Both the position numbers and the translations under genes were made by a program. Below, piece by piece: positions 62,826-64,000 of a DNA stretch of 64,000 bases (position 1 is the stretch's first letter; each line of letters opens with the position of its first letter). Origin of the DNA: Bacilli bacterium (GTDB taxonomy: Bacteria; Bacillota_I; Bacilli_A; RFN20; CAG-826); the NCBI GenBank assembly GCA_034185265.1, contig JAXFZD010000009.1, forward strand, positions 3,558 through 67,557, given 5' to 3'. Below the pieces are notes generated by a model. That model worked only from the letters and a program-made list of their open reading frames with translations, made no database searches and was not told where the DNA came from.

Positions 62826-62854
62826 AATTTGCGCAACTTTTTCGCCAGTAGAGT

Positions 62855-62929
62855 TGGTGGATGCTACAGGGTTTGAACCTGTGACCCCCGCCGTGTAAAG
62901 GCGATGCTCTCCCGCTGAGCTAAGCATCC
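62855..62929 (-). tRNA. tRNA-Val (anticodon TAC)
   Basis: Reverse complement GGATGCTTAGCTCAGCGGGAGAGCATCGCCTTTACACGGCGG..GCATCCACCA. Confidence 0.95.
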
Positions 62930-63075
62930 GCGGTCGCACTAAATGCGCCTATGTATTATCTCATTATGACCTTGATAAGGCAAATACTTTTTTATTTTTT
63001 TATTTTCCTTAGATCTGGTCGAAGAAATACACGGATTTCTTAGCTAAAGTTGCAATTATATTAACGTATAAAAAA

Positions 63076-64000
63076 CTAGATATTATATGATTTTAGAACT
63101 TTTAATAAAGGTTTGACCGTTTTAGCAATAGTACCTTTAACAAATGGATCTTTCATCTTGTCCTTAGTTACTAAAGTTCTGAAAGGATATTTTCCACCCA
63201 TTGCACAAATCTTTAAGTAACGTTTCCAAGCTAAATCGTGGTTCTTTAAGTTCAAAAGTAAGAATTCAAATGCCATTACTTGTGCTAATGTGTAGTCAAT
63301 ATAATAGAATGGGCATTCAAAGATATGGGCTTGTAAGAGCCATCTTCTTCCACTATTCATATATTCACATTCTTTATAAACTTTAACTTTTTCTGGAGTG
63401 TATTTAAGCTCAAGTTCATGCCATTTTTGATTTCTTTCTTCTATTGTGGCATTAGGATTTTCATAAACCCAGTGTTGGAATTCATCAACTGTAACTCCAT
63501 AAGGAAGGAACATAATTGAATCAGAAAGGTGTAAATAACGATACTTCTCTGGATCATCGAAGAATAAATTCATCCAAGGATGTGCAAAGAATTCCATTGA
63601 CATAGAGTGAATTTCACAAGATTCTGCGGTAGGAGATCTATATTCAGGAATTTTGATATTTCTAGACATATAAGCTTGGAACGAATGTCCAAATTCATGA
63701 GTTAAAACATCTACGTCCCCACTAGTCCCATTAAAGTTAGAGAAGATAAATGGAATCTTATATTTCGGGAAATAAGTCATATATCCGCCAGATTGTTTTC
63801 CTGGTTTTGCTTCTAAATCTAAAACATGGTGATCGGCCATAAACCTGAAGAAATATGAAGTTTCTGGAGAAAGATCATCATACATTTTCTTAGCTTTTTC
63901 AATCTTTTCAGCAGTATCGCCTAAAGGCATTGGATTGCCGTCATTAAATTTAACTGCAATATCATAAATATGAGGGTCTTTAATTTGAGCTCTCTTAAAT
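63076..64000 (-). CDS. pepF: M3-family oligoendopeptidase (PepF-like); the N-terminus lies beyond the window end
   Basis: VLTHEFGHSF (HExxH). The frame stays open upstream of the ORF-track Met through 64000 (..FKRAQIKDPHIYDIAVKFNDGNPMPLGD..). Confidence 0.8.
   Translation of the reverse strand, partial: FKRAQIKDPHIYDIAVKFNDGNPMPLGDTAEKIEKAKKMYDDLSPETSYFFRFMADHHVLDLEAKPGKQSGGYMTYFPKYKIPFIFSNFNGTSGDVDVLTHEFGHSFQAYMSRNIKIPEYRSPTAESCEIHSMSMEFFAHPWMNLFFDDPEKYRYLHLSDSIMFLPYGVTVDEFQHWVYENPNATIEERNQKWHELELKYTPEKVKVYKECEYMNSGRRWLLQAHIFECPFYYIDYTLAQVMAFEFLLLNLKNHDLAWKRYLKICAMGGKYPFRTLVTKDKMKDPFVKGTIAKTVKPLLKVLKSYNI

Noticed and set aside
1-64000. Possibility of Mollicutes genetic code 4 (TGA = Trp), given the low GC content and lipoprotein/TM-anchored surface proteins
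   Set aside because: Standard-code ORFs of up to 1572 aa tile the window with minimal gaps. Recognisable proteins (metK, htpG, pgi, mgtE) are full length without reading through TGA.

Overview
Low-GC (about 30%) bacterial chromosome segment. It reads cleanly in the standard genetic code: long ORFs sit back to back and TGA acts as a stop. Surface proteins are anchored by lipoboxes or C-terminal TM helices and no LPXTG motif is visible, so a Firmicutes or wall-less Mollicutes-like host is my inference only. All family names come from motif recognition by eye; no searches were run.

The window has three zones.

(1) 1-22.5 kb is accessory DNA.
- An AAA_13 (RloC/PrrC-like) ATPase is cut by the window edge, followed by an AlbA_2/HATPase_c_4 regulator-like gene.
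- A compact phage-satellite-like element carries a small terminase, replisome organizer, excisionase-like HTH, antirepressor, tyrosine recombinase, XRE switch and two tandem large serine recombinases.
- Next comes a 9-kb array of gene cassettes separated by five same-orientation copies of a bipartite repeat (two CGACAATTGGA boxes 32 bp apart). The cargo is two STAND-like ATPases, a Sel1-repeat protein, an IS66 remnant, a DUF4417/toxin-like/immunity-like operon and an XRE-ImmA + PIN operon.

(2) 22.6-44.9 kb.
- Two very large surface proteins.
- An NSS transporter.
- A STAS + membrane PP2C-HATPase partner-switch pair.
- A RiPP cluster: Nif11-type leader peptide, radical SAM/SPASM maturase, C39-peptidase ABC exporter, second ABC and a short HlyD-like protein, plus a HipA-like kinase.
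- A VTC-HK-RR operon.
- An 11-bp-periodic direct-repeat operator sits in identical register to a -10 box upstream of three operons: the precursor, the HipA-like gene and the surface-protein operon.

(3) 45-64 kb is housekeeping.
- Protein genes: HAD hydrolases, hpf, metK with a SAM-I-like leader, pduL with a Cys-rich tail, a TSCPD protein, GT2-GtrA, mgtE, an ABC-F ATPase, an IspD-like protein, an S1-domain protein, pgi, htpG and partial pepF.
- tRNA genes: tRNA-Leu(GAG) and a five-tRNA cluster.

No rRNA genes and no CRISPR array were seen.
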